64,000 bases of DNA. Source: an uncultured Ruficoccus sp. Its GTDB lineage: Bacteria > Verrucomicrobiota > Verrucomicrobiia > Opitutales > Cerasicoccaceae. Location: positions 1-64,000 of the forward strand of contig OZ223514.1 in assembly GCA_965140785.1 (NCBI GenBank), read 5' to 3'. Position 1 is the stretch's first letter. Each line of letters opens with the position of its first letter. Of the stretch, positions 9,297 to 18,797 are shown piece by piece. The notes under the pieces were generated by a model, which did not search any database, was not told the DNA's origin, and was given only the letters and a program-made list of their open reading frames with translations. A program made the position numbers and the translations under genes.

Positions 9297-10546
9297 AGCT
9301 GCCGGTGCCATTAGCCGAGCGGATGCGGCGGGCCTACGGGCTCGACGAATCCATGTTGGAGGGGCCGGGCTGTCTGGTCGCCGTGCATCACCGTATGCGC
9401 CAGATCGGCGAGACGGAGGAGGCGGCTTACCTGGAGCGGCTGGCGCAGTCGCAGGAGGAGTTCGAGGCGTTCGTGGACGAGTTGCTCGTGCCCGAGTCGT
9501 GGTTTTTCCGGGACCGTGCGCCCTTCGATTTTCTGGCCAACTGGGTGCAGGCAGTCTGGCGCCCCCGCGAGGCGGACGAGCGCCTGCTGCGCGTGCTCAG
9601 CGTGCCCTGTGCCTCCGGTCCCGAGCCGTATTCGATTGTCATGACACTGCTGGACGCGGGTCTGCCGGTGAAGAGCTTCCGCGTGTACGCCGGGGACGTG
9701 AGCGAGCGCAATCTCGTTTATGCGCGCCGTGGCGAGTACCGCCAGATGGCCTTCCGGGGCAAGGACGCCGAGGGGCGGCGGCACCACTTCGAGACGCTGC
9801 CCGATGGCGCGATGCGTGTGCGCGAGGAGGTGCGCCGGTGCGTGTCTTTCAAGCGCTGCAACCTGCTCGATCCGGGCAGCCTGGCCTTCGCGCCCGCTTT
9901 TGATATTATTTTTTGCCGCAACGTGCTGATCTACTTCTGCGAGGAGGCCCGACGCGGCGTGGTGGGTAATGTGCAGCAATTGCTGGCCGACGACGGATTG
10001 CTCTTTGTCGGGCACGCCGACGGCCTGCCCATGCTGACCCCGGACTTCGAACCGGCGGGCCCGGCGGGGGCGTTCTGCTATCGTCGCCGGATGCAGGTGG
10101 CCACACCGTCCAAGCCGGTTCCACCCGCAAGTAAGCGAGTCCGCCCGGCCCGGCGGCGCCCGGCGCGTAAGCCCTCGATGTCTCCGGCGGCGAAAGCCGC
10201 GCCCGTCCCCGCTGCTCCTGAGCGGGAATCGGCGGAAGCCTCCCTGGCGCGGGCTGCCCGGCTGGCTGACCTGGGGGAGCTGGAGGCCGCCCGCGAGCAT
10301 TGCCTGGAGCACTTGCAGGCGTATCCGCCCAGTTCGGACGCGCTCTTTTTGCTGGGGCAGATTGATATGGCGTCCTCGCGCCTGCGCGAGGCCGAGACGT
10401 ATATCCGCAAAGCCCTTTACCTGAACCCTGCTCACCTGGATGCGATTATCCAGATGGCCATCCTGGCCGAACGGCGCGGCGCGGCCAAGGAGGCCGAGCG
10501 CCTGCGCGCCCGCGCCCGCAAGATAGAGGAGGCCGCCCATGCCTGA
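9293..10546 (+). CDS. CheR methyltransferase with C-terminal TPR (WspC-like)
   Basis: VPESWFFRD, VLSVPCASGPEPYS, FDIIFCRNVLIYF, LFVGHAD, Pro/Ala linker, TPR (RKALYLNPAH); ATG 9293 overlaps the previous stop. Confidence 0.92.
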   Translation: MKLPVPLAERMRRAYGLDESMLEGPGCLVAVHHRMRQIGETEEAAYLERLAQSQEEFEAFVDELLVPESWFFRDRAPFDFLANWVQAVWRPREADERLLRVLSVPCASGPEPYSIVMTLLDAGLPVKSFRVYAGDVSERNLVYARRGEYRQMAFRGKDAEGRRHHFETLPDGAMRVREEVRRCVSFKRCNLLDPGSLAFAPAFDIIFCRNVLIYFCEEARRGVVGNVQQLLADDGLLFVGHADGLPMLTPDFEPAGPAGAFCYRRRMQVATPSKPVPPASKRVRPARRRPARKPSMSPAAKAAPVPAAPERESAEASLARAARLADLGELEAAREHCLEHLQAYPPSSDALFLLGQIDMASSRLREAETYIRKALYLNPAHLDAIIQMAILAERRGAAKEAERLRARARKIEEAAHA

Positions 10547-11126
10547 GCAACCGCTGCCGGAGCACAAGGGGGAACTGGAGAGCCTGCTGGATCGTCCCTA
10601 TCCCGAGGGTTACCGCGAAGAATGGATCGAGCGCATTAAGAATCCGCCCGAGGAGGAGGTGCGCGAGATGGTGCCGCTGCTGGTTTTTCGCCTGCGTGAC
10701 GAGTGGCTGGCGCTGGCCTGCTCCGTCGTTAAGGAGGTTTGCCCGGAGGCGACCGTGCACCGCATCCCCCGCCGCACGAACGAGGTCCTGCGCGGCGTGA
10801 CCAACGTTCGCGGCGATCTTCAGTTGACGGTTTCCTTGCGGGCGCTGCTCGGGCTCTCCGAGCGCCGGGACGAGGCCGCCTCCCTCAGCCGCCGTGTGTA
10901 CCGGCGGATGGTCCAGATTGAGCGCGAGGGCAACTCCTTCACCTTCCGGGTGGAGGAGGTGTACGGGGTGGTGCACTTCGAGACCGCGCAGATGCAGGCG
11001 GTGCCGGTTACGGTGGCCAAGTCCCTGGCCACGTACACGCGCGGCCTGTTCAGCCTGCGCGGCCAGCAGATCGGTTGGCTCGACGACGAACTCATCTTCC
11101 ACAGCCTCAACAGCAAGACTTTCTGA
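10539..11126 (+). CDS. CheW-like adaptor (WspD-like)
   Basis: LLDRPYPEGYREEW, LLVFRLRDEWLAL, HRIPRR...GVTNVRGDL. Confidence 0.9.
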   Translation: MPEQPLPEHKGELESLLDRPYPEGYREEWIERIKNPPEEEVREMVPLLVFRLRDEWLALACSVVKEVCPEATVHRIPRRTNEVLRGVTNVRGDLQLTVSLRALLGLSERRDEAASLSRRVYRRMVQIEREGNSFTFRVEEVYGVVHFETAQMQAVPVTVAKSLATYTRGLFSLRGQQIGWLDDELIFHSLNSKTF

Positions 11127-11129
11127 CCC

Positions 11130-13559
11130 ATGTGCGCCGAACCGGATTTTTCCATGCTGGATCTCTACCAACAAGAGGTAGAGACGCACGGGCTGGCGCT
11201 GAACAACGGGCTGCTCGAGCTGGAAACCTCCCCCGACGACACCGCGCTGATCAACAACCTCATGCGCGCGGCCCATTCGCTCAAGGGGGCGGCGCGGATC
11301 ATCGGACTGGACGTGGTCTCGTCCGTCGCTCACGCGCTGGAGGACATCTTTGTCAAGGTGGGCGAGGGCAAGCTGAGCTTCCCCGAGGGCTTCTTCGACC
11401 TGCTGCTGCGGACGGTGGACTTTCTGGTCGATTCGGGCGGTCCCGATGCCGTCGCCATGCCCGCCTGGCTGGAGGAGAACAAGGTCCGTTCCGAGGCTCT
11501 GACGCAGGCTTTGCGTGAGGTGTATGCGGGCGGTCCGGTGCCGGAGGATTTACGATCGGGCAGCGTTCCGCCGGAGGCCGATGTTTTTCCGGCTGAAGCC
11601 GGCCCCGAGCCTGAACCTTCCGCCGCCACTCCGGAACCGCCGGACAAAAAAACGTCCGTGCCGGCCTCCGTCCTCCCCGCCGAAGCCGGTCCGCCGCCTT
11701 CGTCCGCTGAGATGGAGTCGGGGGCTGCTGCCACCGTCCGCCCGGAAAGCGCTGCTGCGGCGCAAAAGGAAAAGGCTCCGGCCAAGGTTGCCGCGAAGGC
11801 TGCCGCCGGGGCCGATCAGGTCGTGCGCGTGTCGGCGGACAACCTTAATCGCTTGATGGGCCTGGCCGCCGAGACGCTGGTCGAGACGCGCCATCTGGAG
11901 CATTTCCGCGAGACGCTGTTGCGGCTGAAGGAGTCGCAAGGCGAGCTCAACACCCGGCTGGAAGCGGGTCGCAAGCTGCTGGAGTCCGAGTCGGCACCGG
12001 TCAGCCTAACCCGCCACATGGAGCAGATTCGCCTCGCTGCCAACGACAACCTGCGCGCCATCCGCCACCAACTGGAGGTCTTCGACAACTTCTCCCGGCG
12101 CAACACTTTGCTCTCTGACCGCCTCTACCGCGAGGTGTTGGAGAGCCGGATGCGGCCTTTCGGCGACGGGGTGCAGGGCTTCCCGCGGCTGATCCGCGAC
12201 CTGGCCAAGACCACGGGCAAGAAGATCGATTTCAAGATTGAAGGCCACGAAACGCCGGTGGACCGCGATATCCTTGACCGCCTGGAGGCCCCGCTCAACC
12301 ACCTGCTGCGCAACGCCTGCGACCACGGCATGGAACTGCCCGCCGACCGTAAGGACGCGGGCAAGTCCGAAACCGGAACCCTGCGCCTGCTGGCCCGGCA
12401 CAGCGCCGGGATGCTTATCGTCGAGGTGCGCGACGACGGGCGCGGGATCGACCTGGGCCGCCTGCGCGAGAAGATCGTCGAGAAGAACCTCGCCACCGCC
12501 GACATGGCCGAGCACCTCAACGACGACGAGGTGCTCGAGTTCCTCTTTTTGCCGGGCTTTTCCACCGCCTCGCAGGTGACGGAGATTTCCGGCCGCGGCG
12601 TCGGCCTCGACGTGGTCATGACGCTGATGCAGGAGGTCGGCGGGCAGGTCCGCATTTCCACGGAGCTGGGTAAGGGCACGACCTTCCATCTCCAGTTGCC
12701 CATCACCCGCTCGGTCATCCGGGCGCTCATGGTGGAGATTGACGGCGAGCCCTACGCCTTTCCCCTCAGTCGGATCAACCGTACCCTCCAGCTCAGCATC
12801 GAGGACCTCAAGGTGCTGGAGAACCGCCAGTACTTCGACCTGGACGGGCAGAACATTGGGCTGGTCTCCTCGCGGTCGGCCCTCGGGCTGGCCGGAGCGG
12901 TCAGTATGATCGCCCGGCATATCAACGTCGTGGTGGTCAACGACCGCAACAACCTCTACGGGGTGGAGGTTGACAAGCTCACCGGCGAGACCGATCTGGT
13001 GGTGCGCCCGCTGGACCGCCGCCTGGGCAAGGTGCCGGGGGTGAGCGCCGCCTCGCTCTCCGAGGAGGGTGAGCCGATCCTGATCCTCGACGTTGAGGAC
13101 CTCGTCCACTCGGTGGACAAGTTGCTGGCCGGGGGCGACATGATGCTCTCGCGTTATACCCAGGAAGAGGAGCAGGCCCCGGCCAAGCGCGTGCTGGTGG
13201 TGGACGATTCCATCACGGTCCGTGAGACCGAGCGCCAACTGCTGGAACATGCCGGTTACGCGGTCGAGGTGGCGGTGGACGGGGCCGACGGCTGGAACGC
13301 CGTGCGCCTGGGCGAGTTTGACCTGGTGGTGAGCGACGTGGACATGCCCCGGGTCAACGGCTACGAATTCGTCTCGCGCATCCGACAGGATTCGCGGCTG
13401 GAGCGGCTGCCGGTCATCATCGTCTCCTACAAGGACCGCGAGGAGGACCGGCTCAAGGGGCTGGAGGCCGGGGCCGACTACTATTTGACCAAAAGCAGCT
13501 TCCAGGATGAAACCTTTATCAGCGTGGTCAACGACCTGATCGGAGGGCCGCGCGGGTGA
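11130..13559 (+). CDS. Hybrid CheA-REC histidine kinase (WspE-like)
   Basis: Hpt MRAAHSLKGAARI, HATPase HLLRNACDHG/DDGRG/GFST/SGRGVGLD, CheW domain, C-terminal REC VLVVDDS...SDVDMP...YYLTKSSF. Confidence 0.95.
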   Translation: MCAEPDFSMLDLYQQEVETHGLALNNGLLELETSPDDTALINNLMRAAHSLKGAARIIGLDVVSSVAHALEDIFVKVGEGKLSFPEGFFDLLLRTVDFLVDSGGPDAVAMPAWLEENKVRSEALTQALREVYAGGPVPEDLRSGSVPPEADVFPAEAGPEPEPSAATPEPPDKKTSVPASVLPAEAGPPPSSAEMESGAAATVRPESAAAAQKEKAPAKVAAKAAAGADQVVRVSADNLNRLMGLAAETLVETRHLEHFRETLLRLKESQGELNTRLEAGRKLLESESAPVSLTRHMEQIRLAANDNLRAIRHQLEVFDNFSRRNTLLSDRLYREVLESRMRPFGDGVQGFPRLIRDLAKTTGKKIDFKIEGHETPVDRDILDRLEAPLNHLLRNACDHGMELPADRKDAGKSETGTLRLLARHSAGMLIVEVRDDGRGIDLGRLREKIVEKNLATADMAEHLNDDEVLEFLFLPGFSTASQVTEISGRGVGLDVVMTLMQEVGGQVRISTELGKGTTFHLQLPITRSVIRALMVEIDGEPYAFPLSRINRTLQLSIEDLKVLENRQYFDLDGQNIGLVSSRSALGLAGAVSMIARHINVVVVNDRNNLYGVEVDKLTGETDLVVRPLDRRLGKVPGVSAASLSEEGEPILILDVEDLVHSVDKLLAGGDMMLSRYTQEEEQAPAKRVLVVDDSITVRETERQLLEHAGYAVEVAVDGADGWNAVRLGEFDLVVSDVDMPRVNGYEFVSRIRQDSRLERLPVIIVSYKDREEDRLKGLEAGADYYLTKSSFQDETFISVVNDLIGGPRG

Positions 13560-14599
13560 GGATCGCCATCGTCAACGATATGGCTCTGGCGGTCGAGGCG
13601 CTGCGGCGCGTGATCGACAATTGCGGCGAGCACGAGGTCGCGTGGATGGCCCGCGATGGCGAGGAAGCCGTCCGGCGCTGCCGTGAGGACACGCCCGACC
13701 TCATCCTGATGGACCTCGTCATGCCCGTGATGGACGGGGTGGAGGCGACACGGCAGATCATGGCCCAGGCTCCCTGCGCGATTCTCATTGTGACGGCCTC
13801 GGTCAACACCCACGGGGATATGGTTTACGAAGCGATGGGCCACGGGGCGCTCGACGCGGCGGTGACGCCCACCCTCGGGCCGGAGGGCGAACTGGCCGGG
13901 GGGCGGGCCCTGTTGGACAAGATCGCGCATGTGGGCTTTATCATCGGACGGACCCGCCCGGGCCACGGCAGCGGCTACACTCTGCCGCCCATGAAGAAGG
14001 AACCCTCGCGGGCTTTGGTCCAGACGCCGCTGGTGGCGGTGGGGGCCTCGACGGGCGGCCCGCAGGCGCTGTCCGCGCTGTTGTCCGGTTTCGGGGCGGA
14101 TTTTCCGGCGGCGGTGGTCATCGTGCAGCACGTGGACCCGGATTTCGCCGGTGGGCTGGCCGACTGGCTCGGCCACCGCAGCGAACTGCCCGTGCGCCTG
14201 GCCCGCAACGGCGAGATGCCCGAGCGCGGTGAGGTCCTGATCGCCGGGAAGGACCAGCACCTGCACCTGCGACCGGGTGGATTTCTGGCCTACAGCCCGG
14301 AGCCGAGTAACCTGATCAACCGCCCTTCGGTGGATGTGCTCTTTGACTCGGCGGCGGACTGCTGGCAAGGCGGCGGGGTCGGCGTGCTGCTGACCGGCAT
14401 GGGCCGGGACGGGGCCGAGGGTCTGCTCGCGCTCAGGCGCAAGGGCTGGCACACCATCGCCCAGGACGAGGCGACCAGTGTGGTGTACGGTATGCCCAAG
14501 GCGGCTGTCACGCTGAAGGCAGCCTGCGAGGTGCTGCCGCTACCGGCGATCGCCGCGGCGGTGCGGGCGCAGTTAAAGCTGCGGGCGGCCCCGTCTTGA
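13556..14599 (+). CDS. cheB: CheB response-regulator methylesterase (WspF-like)
   Basis: RIAIVNDMALAVEALRR REC, GASTGGP, VQHVD, PSVDVLF, LLTGMGRDGA, VVYGMP. Confidence 0.95.
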   Translation: MRIAIVNDMALAVEALRRVIDNCGEHEVAWMARDGEEAVRRCREDTPDLILMDLVMPVMDGVEATRQIMAQAPCAILIVTASVNTHGDMVYEAMGHGALDAAVTPTLGPEGELAGGRALLDKIAHVGFIIGRTRPGHGSGYTLPPMKKEPSRALVQTPLVAVGASTGGPQALSALLSGFGADFPAAVVIVQHVDPDFAGGLADWLGHRSELPVRLARNGEMPERGEVLIAGKDQHLHLRPGGFLAYSPEPSNLINRPSVDVLFDSAADCWQGGGVGVLLTGMGRDGAEGLLALRRKGWHTIAQDEATSVVYGMPKAAVTLKAACEVLPLPAIAAAVRAQLKLRAAPS

Positions 14600-14719
14600 G
14601 CGTCGGAGGGAGATGGTTTTCATCCCGGCTTGCCGGGTAATTTCCCTCAGTCATCCGGAAGGACGTAAATTTTCTGAGAGTGCTTGCCAGCGCCGCCCGG
14701 GACTGTCTTGCTGGTGCGC

Positions 14720-14963
14720 GTGAAAGTCACTGTTTTTGTCACGCCGAAGAAGAACGTTCTCGATCCGCAAGGCGCCGCTGTGGGCCATGCCATGCACAGC
14801 CTGAGCTTTACCTCGGCCACCAATGTCCGGGTGGGCAAGACGGTGGAGTTCGAGGTGGAGGGCGAGGATACGCCGGAGTTTCGCGCCTCGCTCGACAAGC
14901 TCTGCCAGGACCTGCTGAGCAACCCGCGTGATCGAGGACTACCGCTACGAAATCGACGCTTAA
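14720..14963 (+). CDS. purS: Phosphoribosylformylglycinamidine synthase subunit PurS, 1-bp frameshift at ~14926-14927
   Basis: VLDPQGAAV, VRVGK, LC..LLSNP; the canonical end VIEDYRYEIDA* is in the shifted frame. Confidence 0.88.
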
Positions 14964-14982
14964 ACCGGTACGCTGATCCGCG

Positions 14983-15783
14983 ATGAAGATCATCCGCTTC
15001 GAAGACGCCGAGGGCAAACGGGCCTACGCGCAGTTGCTGGAGGGCCGCTACCTGCGGCTGGAGGGGGACTTCCCGGACTTCACGCCGACGGACGAGGAGG
15101 TTTTCCCGACGGCGTTCGTGGCCCCGGTCAGCCCGTCGGCTATTTACTGCATCGGCCTGAACTACCGCGCCCACGCCGAGGAGCAGGGGGCGAAGCTGCC
15201 GCCGCACCCGGTTATCTTTATGAAGGCCCCGACCGCCGTCCAGCACCCGGGCGGGCCGATCCTGCTCCCGCGCGCCCTGCGCAGCGACGAGGTGGACTAC
15301 GAGTGCGAACTGGCCGTGGTCATTGGCAAGGCGGGCAAGAACATCCCCGAGGCCGAGGCCATGGATTATGTCTTTGGCTACACCGCCGCCAACGACGTCA
15401 GCGCCCGCGACTGGCAGAAAAACGGCGGCGGACGCCAGTGGGTGCGCGGCAAGACCTTCGACACCTTCTGCCCGCTGGGGCCGTGCCTGTCCACGCTGGA
15501 CGAGTTTTCAGATCCGCAGGCAGTCGGCCTGCGCACCTTTGTTAACGGCGAAAAACTCCAGGACTCGACCACCTCGGACCTGATTTTTTCCATTCCCCAG
15601 TTGATCGCCTTCGTCAGTGGCAGCACGACGCTGTGGCCCGGTACGGTCATCCTGACTGGCACGCCCTCCGGGGTGGGCTTCGCCCGCCAGCCGGCCCGCT
15701 TTTTGGTCGCAGGCGACGAGGTCACGGTCGAGATCGACGGCATCGGCCGCCTCACCAACCCGGTGATGGAAGAGCCGGTTTAG
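14983..15783 (+). CDS. Fumarylacetoacetate hydrolase family protein
   Basis: CIGLNYRAH, DYECEL, NDVSARDWQ, GKTFDTFCPLGP, TGTPSGVG. Confidence 0.93.
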   Translation: MKIIRFEDAEGKRAYAQLLEGRYLRLEGDFPDFTPTDEEVFPTAFVAPVSPSAIYCIGLNYRAHAEEQGAKLPPHPVIFMKAPTAVQHPGGPILLPRALRSDEVDYECELAVVIGKAGKNIPEAEAMDYVFGYTAANDVSARDWQKNGGGRQWVRGKTFDTFCPLGPCLSTLDEFSDPQAVGLRTFVNGEKLQDSTTSDLIFSIPQLIAFVSGSTTLWPGTVILTGTPSGVGFARQPARFLVAGDEVTVEIDGIGRLTNPVMEEPV

Positions 15784-15794
15784 CAGGCGACGGT

Positions 15795-16625
15795 TCAGTC
15801 GGCCAAGGCATTCGCAGTCTTTTCACTGAGGGATGCGGGTAGGGTAGGGGAGACGCTCAGATTGACCGCGACCAGTTCGTTTTCTATCAGGGGAAAGGTT
15901 TGCCCTGGCAGGCAGGCGATCCAGCCACTATAGGTAGATACCGGCCCCTGGTAATTTTTATCTGGGACGAAGTCCGTGTTGAGGCGGACTGAAAGCTCAC
16001 CGCGGTAGCGCCCGTTCTCGATCTTTATATACTCGCATGTCAGTTGGTAAGCGACTTTTTCGGTCCGACCATAGACGCTGGTTGTGGTGCCGTCGCAGGC
16101 CATGGCCACATCAATAACCTCCCCGTCACTGGTCGAGCCGGTCAGCTGCAGGGTTGCCATGGAGCCGGGCGACACTCTGTTGTTCTCCGTCTGGTCCTTT
16201 TTTGTCGGGGTGTCCACAGGGAAAACGTTCAGGTAAATTGTGCCGATGGGCGTTTTTGAGAGCAGGAACGGTTCGCCGGGCGTGCACTTGACGTGGCCTT
16301 CGTAATGGCAGTTGGGGCCGGTCCAGTCGCCCTTGGGTTCTGTGTTCGGGCTGAGCTCAAGCCTTAGGTGGAAGCAGTACTTGCCGTCCTCAAGGGTGAT
16401 CAGGTCGTACTCCAGGTAGCTGCTGGTCTTGCCGGTGTTGGTGCTTGTCTGGAGGCGTGAGCCATCGCCGGTCGCCACCAGGTTGATCTTTTCGCCGTCG
16501 GCGAAGGCGCCGGTCACCTGAATCGTGACCATGTGGTCTAGCGGTGGTTCTGCCGGGGCGGCATGAAGGGCGGACAGGCAGGCTCCCATAAACAGGAGCG
16601 GGGTCAGTAAGCGGGGGCATTTCAT
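15795..16625 (-). CDS. Exported hypothetical protein with two tandem ~105-aa homologous domains
   Basis: Signal peptide (LSALHA); repeats begin MVTIQVTGAFADGEKI and MATLQLTGSTSDGEVI. Confidence 0.7.
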   Translation of the reverse strand: MKCPRLLTPLLFMGACLSALHAAPAEPPLDHMVTIQVTGAFADGEKINLVATGDGSRLQTSTNTGKTSSYLEYDLITLEDGKYCFHLRLELSPNTEPKGDWTGPNCHYEGHVKCTPGEPFLLSKTPIGTIYLNVFPVDTPTKKDQTENNRVSPGSMATLQLTGSTSDGEVIDVAMACDGTTTSVYGRTEKVAYQLTCEYIKIENGRYRGELSVRLNTDFVPDKNYQGPVSTYSGWIACLPGQTFPLIENELVAVNLSVSPTLPASLSEKTANALAD

Positions 16626-16727
16626 AGCGGGATGACGTGGCCCCAGTTTGAGAGTTACCCGCCGCGACGTCTAGGTTAATGTGAGACAGGCTGTTGCGGT
16701 CTCGTTCAACTGCCCGCCGTGCCCGGC

Positions 16728-17879
16728 TCAGTCAAAAATCATCACGAGGTAGGCGAAAAAGAGCACGAGGTGGACGGTGCCTTGGAGGAGGTTGGTGCGG
16801 GTGCCGGAGAAGTTCACCACGGTGACGCCGATGGAGAGGGCCAGCAGGACGATTTCGGGTGGTTCCAGACCGAGCTCGACGGTTTTGCTCGTGGTCAGGC
16901 TGACGATGAGCACCGCCGGGATGGTCAGGCCGATGGTGGCCAGAGCCGAGCCCAGGGCGATGTTGACCGTGCGCTGGAGGCGGTTGGAAATGGCGGCCTT
17001 GACCGCGCCCATGGCCTCGGGTGAGAGCACGAGGATGGCGACCAGAAAACCGCCCAGGGCTTGCGGGGCGTTTAGCACGCTGATCCCGTGGTCCACGAGG
17101 AGGGCCATCTTTTTCGACAAGAGCACGATGGGCAGCATGGACAGGAAGAGGAAGACGACGTGGAAGGCGGTGGAGCGGATGACGAGGTCACCGTGGTCAT
17201 CGTGGCCACCGGGGGCGCCGGTATCCTGGGGCTGCTGGAAAAAATGCCGGTGTCGCCCGCTCTGCATAGCCAGAAAAATCCCGTAGAGCAGGACGGCGGA
17301 GGCGGCCAGAAAGATCTCCATTAACTGGGAAGGCACGCCGCCCGGCTGCGAATCGGTGAAGCGCGGCAGCACCAGCCCGAGCCCGGCCAGGGGGATGATG
17401 ACGGCGAGGTAGGCGTTCGCCCCCTGAAAGTTGTAGGTCTGCTCGCGGTGCTTCCAGCCGCCGACCAGCAGGGTGATGCCGAGCATGCCGTTGAGCACGA
17501 TCATGAGCACGGAAAACATCGTGTCCCGGGCCAGGGCGGGGTTTTCGCTGCCGGTGATCATGACCGCAGTGATCATGACGACTTCGATGCTGATGACCGA
17601 GAGGGTCAGGATGAGCGTGCCGTAGGGCTCCCCGAGTTTGATGGCCAGACAATCGGCGTGCTTGACCACCCCGAAGGACAGCCAGAGCATGATCCCGAAG
17701 AGCCAGGCAAAGAGCAGGCCGTAAAGGAGCGGGTTGCCGAGGTCTTTGAGCCAGGAGCCTCCCACGGTCAGAAAGACCAGGGTGCTGGCCGCGCCGACCC
17801 AGAGAGCTAGCTCTTCGCGGAAAAGGCCGCGTGAGCGAGTCTGTGCGTGTGCCGGAGGGTGAGAGTCGTCAGCCATCAT
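16728..17879 (-). CDS. chaA: Ca2+/H+ (CaCA family) antiporter, ChaA-like
   Basis: LGEPYGTLILTLSVISIEV, LARDTMFS, VLSPE, NIALGSALATIGLTIP; start taken at ATG 17879. Confidence 0.88.
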   Translation of the reverse strand: MMADDSHPPAHAQTRSRGLFREELALWVGAASTLVFLTVGGSWLKDLGNPLLYGLLFAWLFGIMLWLSFGVVKHADCLAIKLGEPYGTLILTLSVISIEVVMITAVMITGSENPALARDTMFSVLMIVLNGMLGITLLVGGWKHREQTYNFQGANAYLAVIIPLAGLGLVLPRFTDSQPGGVPSQLMEIFLAASAVLLYGIFLAMQSGRHRHFFQQPQDTGAPGGHDDHGDLVIRSTAFHVVFLFLSMLPIVLLSKKMALLVDHGISVLNAPQALGGFLVAILVLSPEAMGAVKAAISNRLQRTVNIALGSALATIGLTIPAVLIVSLTTSKTVELGLEPPEIVLLALSIGVTVVNFSGTRTNLLQGTVHLVLFFAYLVMIFD

Positions 17880-17997
17880 GTCAGAAAAGCGGGATGTATG
17901 CTGTAACAAGCTGCATTGTTCAGCGTTTGAGTCAAACGCGAGTTGCGCGGCAAGGGGCTTGCGTGTAACAAGGTTTCCTAACACAATCCGTGCCGTT

Positions 17998-18714
17998 ATG
18001 CGAACGCTCTCACCTTGTTTCTGCCTCATAACGCTTATTCTGCTGGCAGGCGGCGTTTTACCGTACGGGCTGCGGGCCGAGTCCGCCATCCCTGCCAAGG
18101 CCGCCGAGCCGGTGTTGTTCTACGACACTGCCGAGTTCCCCTGGGAGAAGCTGGCACCGGAGTGTGTCCTGATCATCGACGAGAATCAGGTGACGGACAT
18201 CGCCACGGTGTTGTGGCTCCAGAAGACCCGCACGCCCGAGCAGGTCGAGCTGGCCAACCGCTTTGCCTCCATCAACCTCGACGCCTTCCGCGATGTGCTG
18301 GGCGACTCGCTGTCCGCCTGGGGCGAGGAGCAGTTGGCGCAGATGCTCCGCGAGGTGAACAAGCAACTGAAGACTTTTTACGCGCCGATCAAGCACTACT
18401 ACAGTCGGCCCCGGCCCTTTGTAGCTAACATGGCAGTCGAGCCCTGCGTGCAGCTGGAGCTCAGCGCCTCGATGCCCAGCGGGCATGCGATCGAGGGGTT
18501 GGCCTGCGCACTCCTGCTGGCGGACCTCATGCCCGAGCACCGCGAGGCCCTGCTGGAGCGTGGGCGGCAGATCGGCTACCTGCGCGTGGTGGCCGGGGTG
18601 CACTACCCGAGCGATGTCGAGGTCGGGCAGCGCCTGGGCGAAATCTTTGCCAGTGGCATCCTTCAGGGGAAAGCCTGGAGCAAGTGGAAGGCATCCGTCC
18701 GTCGGGCCGATTAA
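17998..18714 (+). CDS. PAP2/class A acid phosphatase family protein, exported
   Basis: KHYYSRPRP, SMPSGHA, RVVAGVHYPSDV motifs; signal peptide. Confidence 0.88.
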   Translation: MRTLSPCFCLITLILLAGGVLPYGLRAESAIPAKAAEPVLFYDTAEFPWEKLAPECVLIIDENQVTDIATVLWLQKTRTPEQVELANRFASINLDAFRDVLGDSLSAWGEEQLAQMLREVNKQLKTFYAPIKHYYSRPRPFVANMAVEPCVQLELSASMPSGHAIEGLACALLLADLMPEHREALLERGRQIGYLRVVAGVHYPSDVEVGQRLGEIFASGILQGKAWSKWKASVRRAD

Positions 18715-18797
18715 AGGGTGCCCGGGGAGGGGCTTTTCGGGGCGCGTTGTGAAATGGGTTGGACAAGCGGCGTGGTTTCGCTCTCCTTAAAGGATTC

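Noticed and set aside
4054..13250. Long minus-strand ORFs opposite the wsp cluster (e.g. 4054-5538, 5442-7349, 12006-13250)
   Set aside because: Antisense shadows of high-GC genes; no recognisable motifs
14600..14719. Purine/ZTP riboswitch before purS, or a wspR remnant
   Set aside because: No recognisable riboswitch consensus and no REC/GGDEF-like translation in this short gap
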